Counted from the first letter of the stretch, positions 1-8,870 are shown. The stretch is 64,000 nt of DNA from an uncultured Verrucomicrobiota bacterium (GCA_964464115.1 CAYXEW010000002.1:488-64487); one strand, 5' to 3'. Made by a program: numbers and translations. The notes: generated by a model not told the origin, from the sequence alone.

Positions 1-149
1 AGTTATCTGGAACCACAGAAGACGACCTGAGGATGGTCGAGGCCATCTTGAAGTCGAAGACAGGAGATCTGCGAACATTACGCTGAACGGTACGGCGTAC
101 CGCCGCCCGTTAGTGGAAGCGTTCGGACTGAGAGAATGAGAGAGACATC

Positions 150-296
150 ATGGGACTAATAGCAGAATCGATGGTCACCTACGCGCAGCCGCTCCTCGAC
201 GAGACGGACGGCTCTCAAGAGCAGATGCAGAATGCACTGTCGATCGCCCAGATGTGCTGGAATCTCGCGTTGCTCAGCGGCACAAAGCAGGAATAG
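150..296 (+). CDS. Possible N-terminal segment of the SEC-C motif protein, separated from 297..536 by an in-frame TAG
   Basis: ATG at 150, 49 codons, same frame as 297..536 (147 nt = 49 codons). Confidence 0.25.
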   Translation: MGLIAESMVTYAQPLLDETDGSQEQMQNALSIAQMCWNLALLSGTKQE

Positions 297-536
297 ATGC
301 TGGCCTCAATGCGGCCAGCACTCAAGATGGATGACGCCGAGTTTGCAGGTTTTCATCAGTCCGTCATCATGCCCATGATTGAGCGGCACCATCAGATGTT
401 CCCCAACATATCCCGGCTGAATTCAAAGCCTGTCCCGCAGCCCTCGTCACACGAGGAGAAGTACCCCGGCACCGGACGCAACTCTCCGTGCCCATGCAAT
501 AGCGGCAAGAAATACAAACGGTGCTGTGGCAGATGA
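297..536 (+). CDS. SEC-C motif (SecA C-terminal-like zinc-binding) domain protein, C-terminal part
   Basis: C-terminal CPCNSGKKYKRCCG motif typical of SEC-C/YecA-like proteins. In frame with upstream ORF 150..296 across a single TAG. Confidence 0.5.
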   Translation: MLASMRPALKMDDAEFAGFHQSVIMPMIERHHQMFPNISRLNSKPVPQPSSHEEKYPGTGRNSPCPCNSGKKYKRCCGR

Positions 537-904
537 CAAAACATCTGGCCGATTAACGTGCCTAATCGGAACTCCGCTCATCGTGCTTGGCGCGATCAAG
601 GCATTCGCCTGCTTACGTGTTGTGGCTGTCTATACCCCCATCGTATTCGAGCATGGTTTACCGGGCATGTGGGTTCCTCCCGCATTTCTTAATCTTGTCA
701 TGGCGGTAATCGGACTGCTCTAGCTCAAGTCATGGGCAAAATAGGCTACGGTAGTTGCCGCCAGTCTCCATGTCCTGGTCCTTGCGTATTTCGGAATCCC
801 GATTTGGATCAAGATGGTGCAAGGTACATTCGAGAATCCCACAGAGATTCCGATGTGGAAAGAAAAACGTTTACAGCATAAGTAATAAGTCATAACATTG
901 CACC

Positions 905-1123
905 ATGAGAATGACACTATCTATACCTGATGTTGTGGCGCACCGATTTCAGGCGGCTGTTCCCGCCCGCCAGAGGTCGCGTCTTGTCACCCGTTTGCTC
1001 CAACAAGAGCTGTCCGAGCGAGACAACTCCTTGGCGTCAGCATGTCGCGCTGCGAATCGCGACAAAGAGCTGGTTCGAGAAGTTAACGAATGGCAATCGT
1101 TCGATGACGGGTTTCAGGAATGA
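905..1123 (+). CDS. mazE: MazE-like antitoxin
   Basis: 72-aa protein immediately upstream of a PemK/MazF toxin and overlapping it by 4 nt (ATGA). Confidence 0.6.
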   Translation: MRMTLSIPDVVAHRFQAAVPARQRSRLVTRLLQQELSERDNSLASACRAANRDKELVREVNEWQSFDDGFQE

Positions 1124-1458
1124 CAGACAGATCTATCAATCGTGGTGATATCTGGTGGGTCAGTCTCGATCCCACACAGGGGTCTGAGATCAAGAAGACA
1201 AGACCGTGTGTCGTGCTCACACACGACACACTAAACCAGCTTCGTCGGACTGTAGTCATTATTCCCCTCTCCACCGCCGCCAAGCCGCACCCACCGATCA
1301 CGGTTCCTGTTACGTGTGAAGGATCTGCAGTCGTTGCCGTGGTCGACCAGATCCGGGCCGTTGCAAAGCACAGACTCAAGTCCAAGGTTGAGAGTCTTTC
1401 AATCGACGAACTTGACGAGATCTCTCAGGCGCTCTCTTCAATACTTGAACTAAGATAA
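1120..1458 (+). CDS. mazF: MazF/PemK family endoribonuclease toxin
   Basis: N-terminal RGDIWWVSLDPTQGSEIKKTRPCVVL is the hallmark PemK/MazF motif. 112 aa. Confidence 0.85.
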   Translation: MTDRSINRGDIWWVSLDPTQGSEIKKTRPCVVLTHDTLNQLRRTVVIIPLSTAAKPHPPITVPVTCEGSAVVAVVDQIRAVAKHRLKSKVESLSIDELDEISQALSSILELR

Positions 1459-1501
1459 TTCGGGCACAACCAAGGTAAAGAGGTCACCCCTTTTTCCATT
1501 T

Positions 1502-1573
1502 GCCCCGTCGCTCCGCTCCCCCCAAAGCGGCAATTCAGATTGCCGCACTTCAAACAAATATGGAGTGCAGTGA
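1502..1573 (+). repeat. 72-bp direct repeat copy 1 with internal hairpin GCGGCAAT-tcaga-ATTGCCGC
   Basis: Identical to 1642..1713 except for 2 mismatches. Contains an 8-bp inverted repeat. Confidence 0.8.
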
Positions 1574-1641
1574 CGAGCCTCTTCCCTCATCCGTGGGACG
1601 GCCCTGCCATCCGTGGGTCATTTATCACATTGAAATACTGA

Positions 1642-1713
1642 GCCCCGTCGCTCCGCTCCTCCCAAAGCGGCAATTCAGATTGCCGCACTTCAAACCAATA
1701 TGGAGTGCAGTGA
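1642..1713 (+). repeat. 72-bp direct repeat copy 2
   Basis: 70/72 identity to copy 1 at a 140-bp period. The spacer between them has its own CATCCGTGGG duplication. Confidence 0.8.
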
Positions 1714-2065
1714 TTAAAATCACCACTTTTCACCCAGCGCTTTGACACCACCAATTACCTGAAAAAGAGGTCATCCAAAGAATCTTGCACTCTTTCATTT
1801 ATGGGGATACCGGCCCCGGCGTCCGCACACAGAACCGGCCCAGAGGCCGCGGGCCCGTCCTGCCCGAGGTACTCAAACCCCCGTAATCAATCCAGGATAT
1901 AGTCTGTGCGTACAAACGATTTGCTCTGCATTCCGTGATCGCAACTGGATAAACAAGGGAAGAGAGGCTTAAGTAAGTGCCATTCAGACGTGACCCCTAT
2001 TATTCATAACGTTGGATGAAAATGAAGATTGATATAACAGGATAGTCTAATTCCGAGGCTAAAAT

Positions 2066-2269
2066 ATGCTGAAAGCAGTAGAAGCAAGGATGGAAAATGA
2101 CGGGCGAATCCATTTACTTGAACCGCTCCGTTTGGGGCATTCGCGCCGTGCCATCGTAACCATCATAGAGGAACCCGATGTATCTGAAACGGCTCTGTTG
2201 AGCCAGCAGTCTCTAGCAAATGACTGGGAACGCCCCGAAGAGGATGCGGCATGGTCTCACCTTCAGTAG
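2066..2269 (+). CDS. Small hypothetical protein, possibly an orphan swapped-hairpin (AbrB/MazE-like) antitoxin
   Basis: 67 aa. The GRIHLLEPLRLGHSRRAIVTI pattern resembles AbrB/MazE DNA-binding hairpins. Acidic C-terminus. Confidence 0.3.
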   Translation: MLKAVEARMENDGRIHLLEPLRLGHSRRAIVTIIEEPDVSETALLSQQSLANDWERPEEDAAWSHLQ

Positions 2270-2284
2270 GATCAGTTGTCCTTG

Positions 2285-3244
2285 TCAGGTTTCCATTCTC
2301 TGATTTGCCAGCATTTGCTTTGCATAAGCCAGCTTGCGCTCAAGGTGAACCTTACTTCCACCGTCGTGCTCACCAAAAGGATAAGCACACATTTCTTTCG
2401 CGGCAGTGATCCGGTTGTAGGCCGCATAGACATTCTCCGGCGGACAAACCGGATCGCGCACCCCACAGGAAATAAGTACCGGACATTCTATATTTTCGGC
2501 ATGGTTGATGTGATCAAAGTAACTCAAGGTTTCGCAGACCTGTTCTACGTGATCGGGATAAGCCCGTAGATATTCAGTCAGGTGCCCGTAACCGCCCGCG
2601 CCATCCATGATGCGCTTCTCCAGCCAACAATTACTGGGCACATCGGCCATACAAAACCAGATTCCCGGATCCAGGGCCGCCACGGCCAGGGCTAGGGCAC
2701 CGCCCTGACTGCCTCCGTGAACGACTATGTGAGAGGTGTCCAGACCTTCCGTCTGACGGGCCACCTCGACCGCACGCAGGGAGTCCGTCCAGACGTGATA
2801 ACCATAGTACGTTTTTTTATCCAGGATACCCATGGCCGTCCAGTTAAAATTGGTAAAGCCCGTATGAGAGCCGGTCATACCGCGCTGCATTCTGATATCG
2901 ATGCTGATGACGGCAAAGCCCATCATATTCCACACAGCTTGATCGCAGGGAATTCCCCTGCTACCGCCGGCACCGTGATAAAAAACCATCACTGGCACCG
3001 GGCGGTCGACCCCCTTCGGAATCGTCATCCATGTGTGGATGGGTGTTCCGTCCAGGCCCTTGTACGTCAGGTCGCGAACCTCTATGCCGTCAATCGGGTA
3101 ATCGATTACGTCGGCGACCGTATCCAGAGAGATCTCTTTACATTGTTTGCAAGCTTCCTGCCAGAAAGATTCAAAATCCGGGCGCTTGGTCTGCTCTGCG
3201 TGAGCAGCCTCTAAATCCGCTATCTTTTTGTCTAAAAGTTCCAT
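2285..3244 (-). CDS. Acetyl xylan esterase / cephalosporin-C deacetylase (CE7 family alpha/beta hydrolase)
   Basis: GGSQGG nucleophile elbow and AXE1-like length. Start placed at the internal ATG (MELLDKK) preceded by AGGAG; the ORF extends to 3295. Confidence 0.75.
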   Translation of the reverse strand: MELLDKKIADLEAAHAEQTKRPDFESFWQEACKQCKEISLDTVADVIDYPIDGIEVRDLTYKGLDGTPIHTWMTIPKGVDRPVPVMVFYHGAGGSRGIPCDQAVWNMMGFAVISIDIRMQRGMTGSHTGFTNFNWTAMGILDKKTYYGYHVWTDSLRAVEVARQTEGLDTSHIVVHGGSQGGALALAVAALDPGIWFCMADVPSNCWLEKRIMDGAGGYGHLTEYLRAYPDHVEQVCETLSYFDHINHAENIECPVLISCGVRDPVCPPENVYAAYNRITAAKEMCAYPFGEHDGGSKVHLERKLAYAKQMLANQRMET

Positions 3245-3360
3245 CGCTATACTCCTGTTTAAGAATGCACCTAAAATAGCAAAAACCTTCTCCATAACAC
3301 ATCGTTCTTTTTCATAAAATTGATTCGCACAATAATGTATTTAAATTACAATTTTGCAGT

Positions 3361-5070
3361 ATGAGTTTTCTTTTGAATACAGCCATTTGTCAGATCAATC
3401 CTTCTGTTGGTGATTTGTACAATAATATGGAAAAGATAGTGGACTATGCACGGCGAGCGGCCGAAATGCAATGTCACGTGGCTGTATTTCCAGAGCTGTG
3501 CCTGACCGGCTACCCTCCGGAAGACTTGATTTTGAAGCCTCACTTTATTGATGACTGCCAGAAAAAAATGGAGGAATTGGCCTCCCGGCTCCCCCCCGAA
3601 CTCATTGCGATAATCGGAACCCCGTGGCGCAATAACGGCCACATATACAATGCTGCCGCCGTTTACTGCGGGGGACAAAGGGCTGGAGTCTACTGCAAGA
3701 TGCTACTCCCCAACTACGGCGTATTCGACGAAAAACGCGTATTTGCCAGGGGCGAGCACCCATTTCTTTTAAAGATCGCGCCCGGTATCCATATAGGCCT
3801 CCACATTTGTGAGGATTCTTGGGACCTGGATGGTCCCGCCTGTTCGGCCCTTTCCGGCAAAGGCATGTCAGCCCTAATCAACATATCTGCGTCGCCCTTT
3901 CACAGACGTAAAATCAGTGAGAGGGAAGCTGTGATCAGGGCTGCGGCTGAAAATCTGAAGATTCCCCTGCTCTATTGTAACCTCGTCGGAGGACAGGATG
4001 AACTGGTATTTGACGGCGGAAGTATGGCCGTTGATCACCAGGGCCGTCTGCTGGCTAGAAGTCGGCATTTTGAAGAAGACATACTGTGCACTTCGCTCAT
4101 GCTGGAGGAATCGCATGGTCACAGCGTCGGACGAGATGTTGGCAGCACAGGGGTGGCACTTACGCAGACAGAGTGCAACCATGACTATCGCATAGAGCCC
4201 ATCCATGAAGAGTTTGAAGAGGTTCACTCCGCCCTTGTCCTGGGGCTGCGCGATTATGTACGCAAAAACGGTTTCAATAAAGTGCTGATAGCCGTCAGCG
4301 GGGGCATCGACTCGGCCCTGGTAGCGGCACTGGCCGTTGAAGCGCTCGGAAGCGACAGCGTCAAGGGTTTGACCATGCCGTCGCAGTACACCAGCAGTGA
4401 AACGCTGAATGATGCTGAGATCCTGGCCCGCAACCTTGGTATTCAACTTTTCACACTGCCCATCAAATCCATATTCGACCTGTACCTCGAAGAAGTCTCC
4501 CCGCTCTGGTCAGGCAGCGAACCCGACACAACAGAAGAAAACCTGCAGGCGCGCATACGGGGAAATCTGGCCATGGCACTGTCCAATAAATTCCGATGGC
4601 TCGTGTTGTCGACCGGTAATAAAAGTGAAATGGCGGTGGGTTACTGCACACTTTACGGAGATATGGTGGGCGGTTTTGCCGCGTTGAAAGATGTACCCAA
4701 AACCCTTGTATTTCAATTGGCAAACTGGATAAACAGCAGGGCTGGCAGAGCGGTGATTCCCAAAACAACCATTGAGCGCCCACCGTCAGCCGAATTAAGG
4801 CCCGACCAGAAAGATATCGACTCGCTGCCGCCTTACGGGATACTGGACCCGATCCTTGAGTGCTATGTAGAAAAAGACATGGGCCTGGATGAAATTATGG
4901 CGAAAGGCTATGAGAAAGAGTTGGTGCAGCGGGTCATACGGCTGGTGGACCTCAATGAATACAAACGACGCCAGGGCGCACCCGGCATTAAAATTACACC
5001 CAAGGCATTCGGAAGAGACAGACGGATGCCGATTACAAACCGCTACCTTCACCAACGTAGCGGGATGTAA
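3361..5070 (+). CDS. nadE: Glutamine-dependent NAD+ synthetase (N-terminal nitrilase/CN-hydrolase domain + NAD synthetase domain)
   Basis: 569 aa. Central SGGIDSALVAALA PP-loop motif and N-terminal CN-hydrolase fold. Confidence 0.85.
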   Translation: MSFLLNTAICQINPSVGDLYNNMEKIVDYARRAAEMQCHVAVFPELCLTGYPPEDLILKPHFIDDCQKKMEELASRLPPELIAIIGTPWRNNGHIYNAAAVYCGGQRAGVYCKMLLPNYGVFDEKRVFARGEHPFLLKIAPGIHIGLHICEDSWDLDGPACSALSGKGMSALINISASPFHRRKISEREAVIRAAAENLKIPLLYCNLVGGQDELVFDGGSMAVDHQGRLLARSRHFEEDILCTSLMLEESHGHSVGRDVGSTGVALTQTECNHDYRIEPIHEEFEEVHSALVLGLRDYVRKNGFNKVLIAVSGGIDSALVAALAVEALGSDSVKGLTMPSQYTSSETLNDAEILARNLGIQLFTLPIKSIFDLYLEEVSPLWSGSEPDTTEENLQARIRGNLAMALSNKFRWLVLSTGNKSEMAVGYCTLYGDMVGGFAALKDVPKTLVFQLANWINSRAGRAVIPKTTIERPPSAELRPDQKDIDSLPPYGILDPILECYVEKDMGLDEIMAKGYEKELVQRVIRLVDLNEYKRRQGAPGIKITPKAFGRDRRMPITNRYLHQRSGM

Positions 5071-5141
5071 GGGGGATAGCGACAGCGGGGGTTCAGTCGA
5101 CGACGCCGCTATTCCTATCTAAGCATGTGAGGAGAAAAAAC

Positions 5142-6689
5142 ATGGAGAAGAGTAAGAATGTGACAGATGAGCGGTCACTGAAAGAGCTGGAGCTGTTGTA
5201 CCATATCAGCAGGCTGCTGGATCAGAGTCTGGACATGAGAGATATCGTCAATCCGGTACTGGATGCGCTGTCGGAATACATGAATATGAAGTATGCGACG
5301 CTGACGCTTTTCAACAGGAAAACCAACGACATTCTGATTGAAGCAGCGCACGGCCTCTCCCGCCAGCAGACGCGTCGTGGCCGTTATGAACTGGGCGAAG
5401 GTGTTACCGGGCAGGTCGTTCTGACCGGCAAGCCCATGATTATACCGAAGACCAGTGAATCAGAGGAATTCTTAAACCGTACGCAGCGCGGAAAAAGTGA
5501 AGACACCTCTTTCATCTGCGTCCCTATCAAAGTGGAGCAAACGGTCGTAGGCGCTTTAAGTGTAGATCGCGAGATAGCCTCCGACGATGAACTGGAGGGC
5601 GACCTCCGGCTACTGACCGTACTCTCATCCATGATTGCGCAGGCCGTAAGACTGAGGCAGCAGGCGCAGGAGAGCAAGGAACGTCTGGAAATAGAAAATC
5701 AGCGCCTCCGCGAGGAATTACGGGATCGCTTTAAACCCTCCAACATCATCGGTAACTGCCACGAAATGCAGATTGTCTACGATCAAATTGCACAAGTCTC
5801 CAAGAGTCCAACCACCGTATTGATTGAAGGTGAAACGGGCACAGGAAAAGAACTCGTGGCTCATGCCGTTCACTACAACAGCGATCGTGCAGACAAACCC
5901 TTTATCAAGGCCCACTGTGCAGCACTGCCGGAAGGCGTGATCGAAAGCGAGCTCTTCGGCCACGAGAAAGGAGCCTTCACGGGGGCCTTTGCAACACGCA
6001 AAGGCCGTTTTGAGCTGGCAGACGGGGGCACACTCTTCCTCGATGAAATCGGCGATATAACGACTGCCATGCAGATTAAACTGTTGCGCGTATTGCAGGA
6101 AAAAGAATTTGAGAGGGTCGGAGGAACCGAGACGCGACGCGTCAACGTACGCGTACTGGCTGCAACAAATCGAAATTTGAGTAAAATGGTGCAGGATGGA
6201 ACGTTTCGTGAAGATTTATTTTACCGACTGCATGTATTCCCCATATACGTGCCCCCGCTGCGAAAACGAAAAGCCGATATCGTTCTCCTCGCGGACCACT
6301 TCCTGGCAAAATATTCCAAGGAGACGGGTAAAAGCGTGCGCAGGTTGTCCAGCGCCGTCATTGATATGCTGATGAGTTATCACTGGCCGGGCAACGTCAG
6401 AGAGCTTGAAAACTGCATTGAGAGGGCTGTGCTGATGGCTGATTCAGACGTCATACACCCGCATCAGCTCCCCGCCACACTCCAAACAGCAGAGGCCAGC
6501 GGAACATCTACTCGCGGCTGCCTGAAGGAAAAAGTGGAAGGCTATGAGGCTGACCTGATACGGGACGCCCTGAAATCAGCGCGCGGCAATATGGCCGCTA
6601 CGGCGAGACTGCTGAATACGACGCAGCGTATCATGGGCTATAAAATTCAAAAGTACGACATTGATCCCAAACAGTATTCAGCTCAATAA
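5142..6689 (+). CDS. Sigma-54-dependent transcriptional activator, NifA-type architecture (GAF - AAA+ sigma54 interaction - Fis-type HTH), no receiver domain
   Basis: GETGTGKE Walker A, GAFTGA sigma54-contact motif, C-terminal HTH (ATARLLNTTQRIMGYK). Start at ATG 5142 after GAGGAG; the ORF begins at GTG 5127. Confidence 0.85.
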   Translation: MEKSKNVTDERSLKELELLYHISRLLDQSLDMRDIVNPVLDALSEYMNMKYATLTLFNRKTNDILIEAAHGLSRQQTRRGRYELGEGVTGQVVLTGKPMIIPKTSESEEFLNRTQRGKSEDTSFICVPIKVEQTVVGALSVDREIASDDELEGDLRLLTVLSSMIAQAVRLRQQAQESKERLEIENQRLREELRDRFKPSNIIGNCHEMQIVYDQIAQVSKSPTTVLIEGETGTGKELVAHAVHYNSDRADKPFIKAHCAALPEGVIESELFGHEKGAFTGAFATRKGRFELADGGTLFLDEIGDITTAMQIKLLRVLQEKEFERVGGTETRRVNVRVLAATNRNLSKMVQDGTFREDLFYRLHVFPIYVPPLRKRKADIVLLADHFLAKYSKETGKSVRRLSSAVIDMLMSYHWPGNVRELENCIERAVLMADSDVIHPHQLPATLQTAEASGTSTRGCLKEKVEGYEADLIRDALKSARGNMAATARLLNTTQRIMGYKIQKYDIDPKQYSAQ

Positions 6690-6698
6690 AGGAACCGT

Positions 6699-7583
6699 AT
6701 GCGTGCAGTTCTAAAGAATCGGATAAATAACGTGCTGACATCGATCTTTTTAGGAGTGATCAGTGTCGCACCCTTACATGCTCTCGCCGATGATGACTAT
6801 ACCGTGCTGAGCAACGCCATCTATGTTGCACATGCATCCAATGACGGAGACAGCTTCAGAGTACGCGCCGGAGAAGAAACATTGCTCATTCGGCTGTACT
6901 ACGTCGATTGCCCCGAAACCGTCATCAGCACTGAAAGCGACATGAAAAGGCTAAGATCACAGTCCCGGCATTTCGGCATCACCAATGACGCTGAGACGGT
7001 ACAGTTCGGACATCAGGCAGCGCAGTATGTACAGGAAATATTATCGAAGCCTTTTACGGTGTATACCGCCTATGCCCAGGCTCTAGGACGATCTAAGAGT
7101 GGCCGGGTATATGCGTTTGTAAAAACGCACGACGCCAGGGATCTCGCCTCCTTGCTGGTAGCCGAAGGCTATGCCCGCTCTCACGGTGTCGGCAGAGCGA
7201 CACCAGACGGCTTCAGTCGTGATGAAGAACAGGCTAAGCTGGCGGACAGCGAACTGGCAGCCGCTGTAAAGAAAAAAGGTATCTGGAGCGCCTCTGTTCC
7301 AGACAGGATTGTCGGACTCAGGGCCCAACAAAGGGAAGAAGACGAAGCATTTAAAAATCTCAAAACAGAACTGCAGAAAGCTGTACAGCCAAAACTGCCC
7401 CTCAACATTAATACAGCGACAGACATCGAACTGCAGAAAATAAAGGGAATAGGCCCTGTACTCGCACAGAAAATCATTCAGAACAGACCCTACAAGACGC
7501 TGGATGAACTGCTTACTATATCCGGAATAGGCCCACAGACAATACAGCGAATAGCGCCATACCTTACCGCCGATGATTTATAA
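6699..7583 (+). CDS. Secreted thermonuclease (SNase-like) fused to a C-terminal ComEA-type helix-hairpin-helix DNA-binding domain
   Basis: Signal peptide. YYVDCPE (DxPE calcium site) SNase core. C-terminal LNINTATDIELQKIKGIGPVLAQKII...ISGIGPQTIQRI matches ComEA HhH. Starts 9 nt after the sigma54 activator stop. Confidence 0.7.
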   Translation: MRAVLKNRINNVLTSIFLGVISVAPLHALADDDYTVLSNAIYVAHASNDGDSFRVRAGEETLLIRLYYVDCPETVISTESDMKRLRSQSRHFGITNDAETVQFGHQAAQYVQEILSKPFTVYTAYAQALGRSKSGRVYAFVKTHDARDLASLLVAEGYARSHGVGRATPDGFSRDEEQAKLADSELAAAVKKKGIWSASVPDRIVGLRAQQREEDEAFKNLKTELQKAVQPKLPLNINTATDIELQKIKGIGPVLAQKIIQNRPYKTLDELLTISGIGPQTIQRIAPYLTADDL

Positions 7584-7715
7584 ATAACATTATTGTTGCT
7601 TTTAATACATATTTATACAATATTGTTTTCGTAAACAAAACTATAGACATATCAAGCAACGATTATTGCACAGAAAAGACGTATATAAGCATACTTCTTC
7701 AATTGGTAATAAAGT

Positions 7716-7732
7716 TGGCACGCCTACTGCTT
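7716..7732 (+). promoter_or_regulatory. Sigma-54 (-24/-12) promoter TGGCACgcctacTGCTT upstream of the outer-membrane protein gene
   Basis: GG-N10-GC spacing, near-perfect match to TGGCACG-N4-TTGCW. About 135 nt upstream of the ATG at 7865. Confidence 0.6.
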
Positions 7733-7864
7733 GATAAACGGTTCAGAAAGCACTGCTAAAAAAGATATTGCAAGTTTGATGTTTATATAGTAACATTTGT
7801 TTAAATTAATTTGCCGGGCGACGAAATAAAAGCGCGGCAGAGTAAAAGAAAGGAAGAATAAAGT

Positions 7865-8620
7865 ATGAGAATGAATATAGCAAAAACAGTAGCCGTTGCA
7901 ATGCTCGCCCCGCTGGCGGCGTTTGCAGCAGACGCATCAGTGGGTGTAGATTTTGCATCCGCCTATGTATTCCGTGGTGTTACGTTTAACGACGGACTCG
8001 TCGCTCAGCCGTATGCCGATGTTTCAGGACTGCCGATAGACTTTGGCGTCTGGGCCAACCTGGACCTCAGCGATCATGATGGCGCTTTGGAAGAGGGACA
8101 GTTCAGCGAAGTTGACCTGTACGCCTCTTACTCGCTGCCCATCGAAGGACCTGTAGGTCTCAGTATTGGTTACACCGAATATCTGTACCCAGGTGCTGGT
8201 GGCGATCCCGAACCGAACGATGAAGGCGACATTGTCGCAACACAGGGAGAAGCTGACCGTGAACTTAGTCTAAGTGCAGGACTCGATACCGTTCTCGCCC
8301 CGTCACTGACCGTGTACTACGGCCTCGACGGCGCAATTGAAAGCGGCATCTACGTTGAGCTCGCAGTTGAAGCCGGGATGGATCTCTCTGAAGCAGCATC
8401 CCTCTCTATCGGCGCAACGTTGGGCTACTACAGTCCCGATGAAGGCGAAGAAGGCCTCAACGATGGATCTGTGTCGGCAGGCATTTCCTACGCGCTTTCC
8501 GAAAGCGCTGAAATTGCAGCATCGGTAACCTATGTTGCACAGCTCGACGACGAAGTACTCAGCGATGAAGACTATGATACCGAAATATTCGGCGTGGTAG
8601 GTGTTTCATACGGATTTTAA
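7865..8620 (+). CDS. Acidic outer-membrane beta-barrel protein (putative porin), signal peptide, C-terminal YGF
   Basis: N-terminal signal peptide (AAFA-AD). Alternating amphipathic strands, Asp/Glu-rich, terminal Phe typical of OMPs. Confidence 0.5.
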   Translation: MRMNIAKTVAVAMLAPLAAFAADASVGVDFASAYVFRGVTFNDGLVAQPYADVSGLPIDFGVWANLDLSDHDGALEEGQFSEVDLYASYSLPIEGPVGLSIGYTEYLYPGAGGDPEPNDEGDIVATQGEADRELSLSAGLDTVLAPSLTVYYGLDGAIESGIYVELAVEAGMDLSEAASLSIGATLGYYSPDEGEEGLNDGSVSAGISYALSESAEIAASVTYVAQLDDEVLSDEDYDTEIFGVVGVSYGF

Positions 8621-8640
8621 CCTCACATCTCCTGTCTCCG

Positions 8641-8671
8641 CCCCGGCTTCCCCAGCCGGGGCATTTTTTTT
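8641..8671 (+). terminator. Rho-independent terminator (CCCCGGCT-tcccc-AGCCGGGG + T9)
   Basis: GC stem followed by a T-run directly after the OMP stop. Confidence 0.75.
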
Positions 8672-8854
8672 GCACTGATATAGCCTTTTAGTAAACATTT
8701 TTGTTATTTATTACTTATACAGATACATTATTGTATTTTTAGTAAACGTATAAAATCCGTTTAATTACATAAAACCGAGAAAGAAATATATTATATCTAT
8801 ATATCTACTTGTTATGCAATTATTTACACTAATATTAATATATTAAAAATAATA

Positions 8855-8870
8855 TGGCATGAAGAATGCT
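8855..8870 (+). promoter_or_regulatory. Sigma-54 promoter TGGCATgaagaaTGCTT upstream of amt-glnK pair 1
   Basis: GG-N10-GC spacing. 76 nt upstream of the amt ATG at 8931. Confidence 0.6.

Noticed and set aside
1-147. Possible 3' end of a gene entering the window on the plus strand
   Set aside because: Two frames are open to the window edge, roughly 30-50 codons each. There is too little sequence to assign a frame or a family.
526-917. Two 65-aa ORFs (526..723 plus strand, 720..917 minus strand) between the SEC-C gene and mazE
   Set aside because: They are short, one overlaps the SEC-C gene end, and neither has SD or homology cues. The minus-strand one overlaps the likely mazE promoter region.
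1500-1745. 81-aa ORF spanning both 72-bp repeat copies
   Set aside because: Its translation is determined entirely by the repeat DNA (hence the duplicated peptide). It starts at TTG without an SD. It is more likely non-coding repeat or sRNA sequence.
2285-3295. Longer N-terminal versions of several genes (esterase to 3295, rpsD to 14914, rplR to 20432, rplF to 20874, fusA to 30406, rpsL to 31334, rpoB to 39330, aspA to 62454, isochorismatase to 45493, secE to 42397)
   Set aside because: Conserved N-termini of the families and SD placement support the internal starts. The extended versions would overlap upstream genes or the tRNA-Trp.
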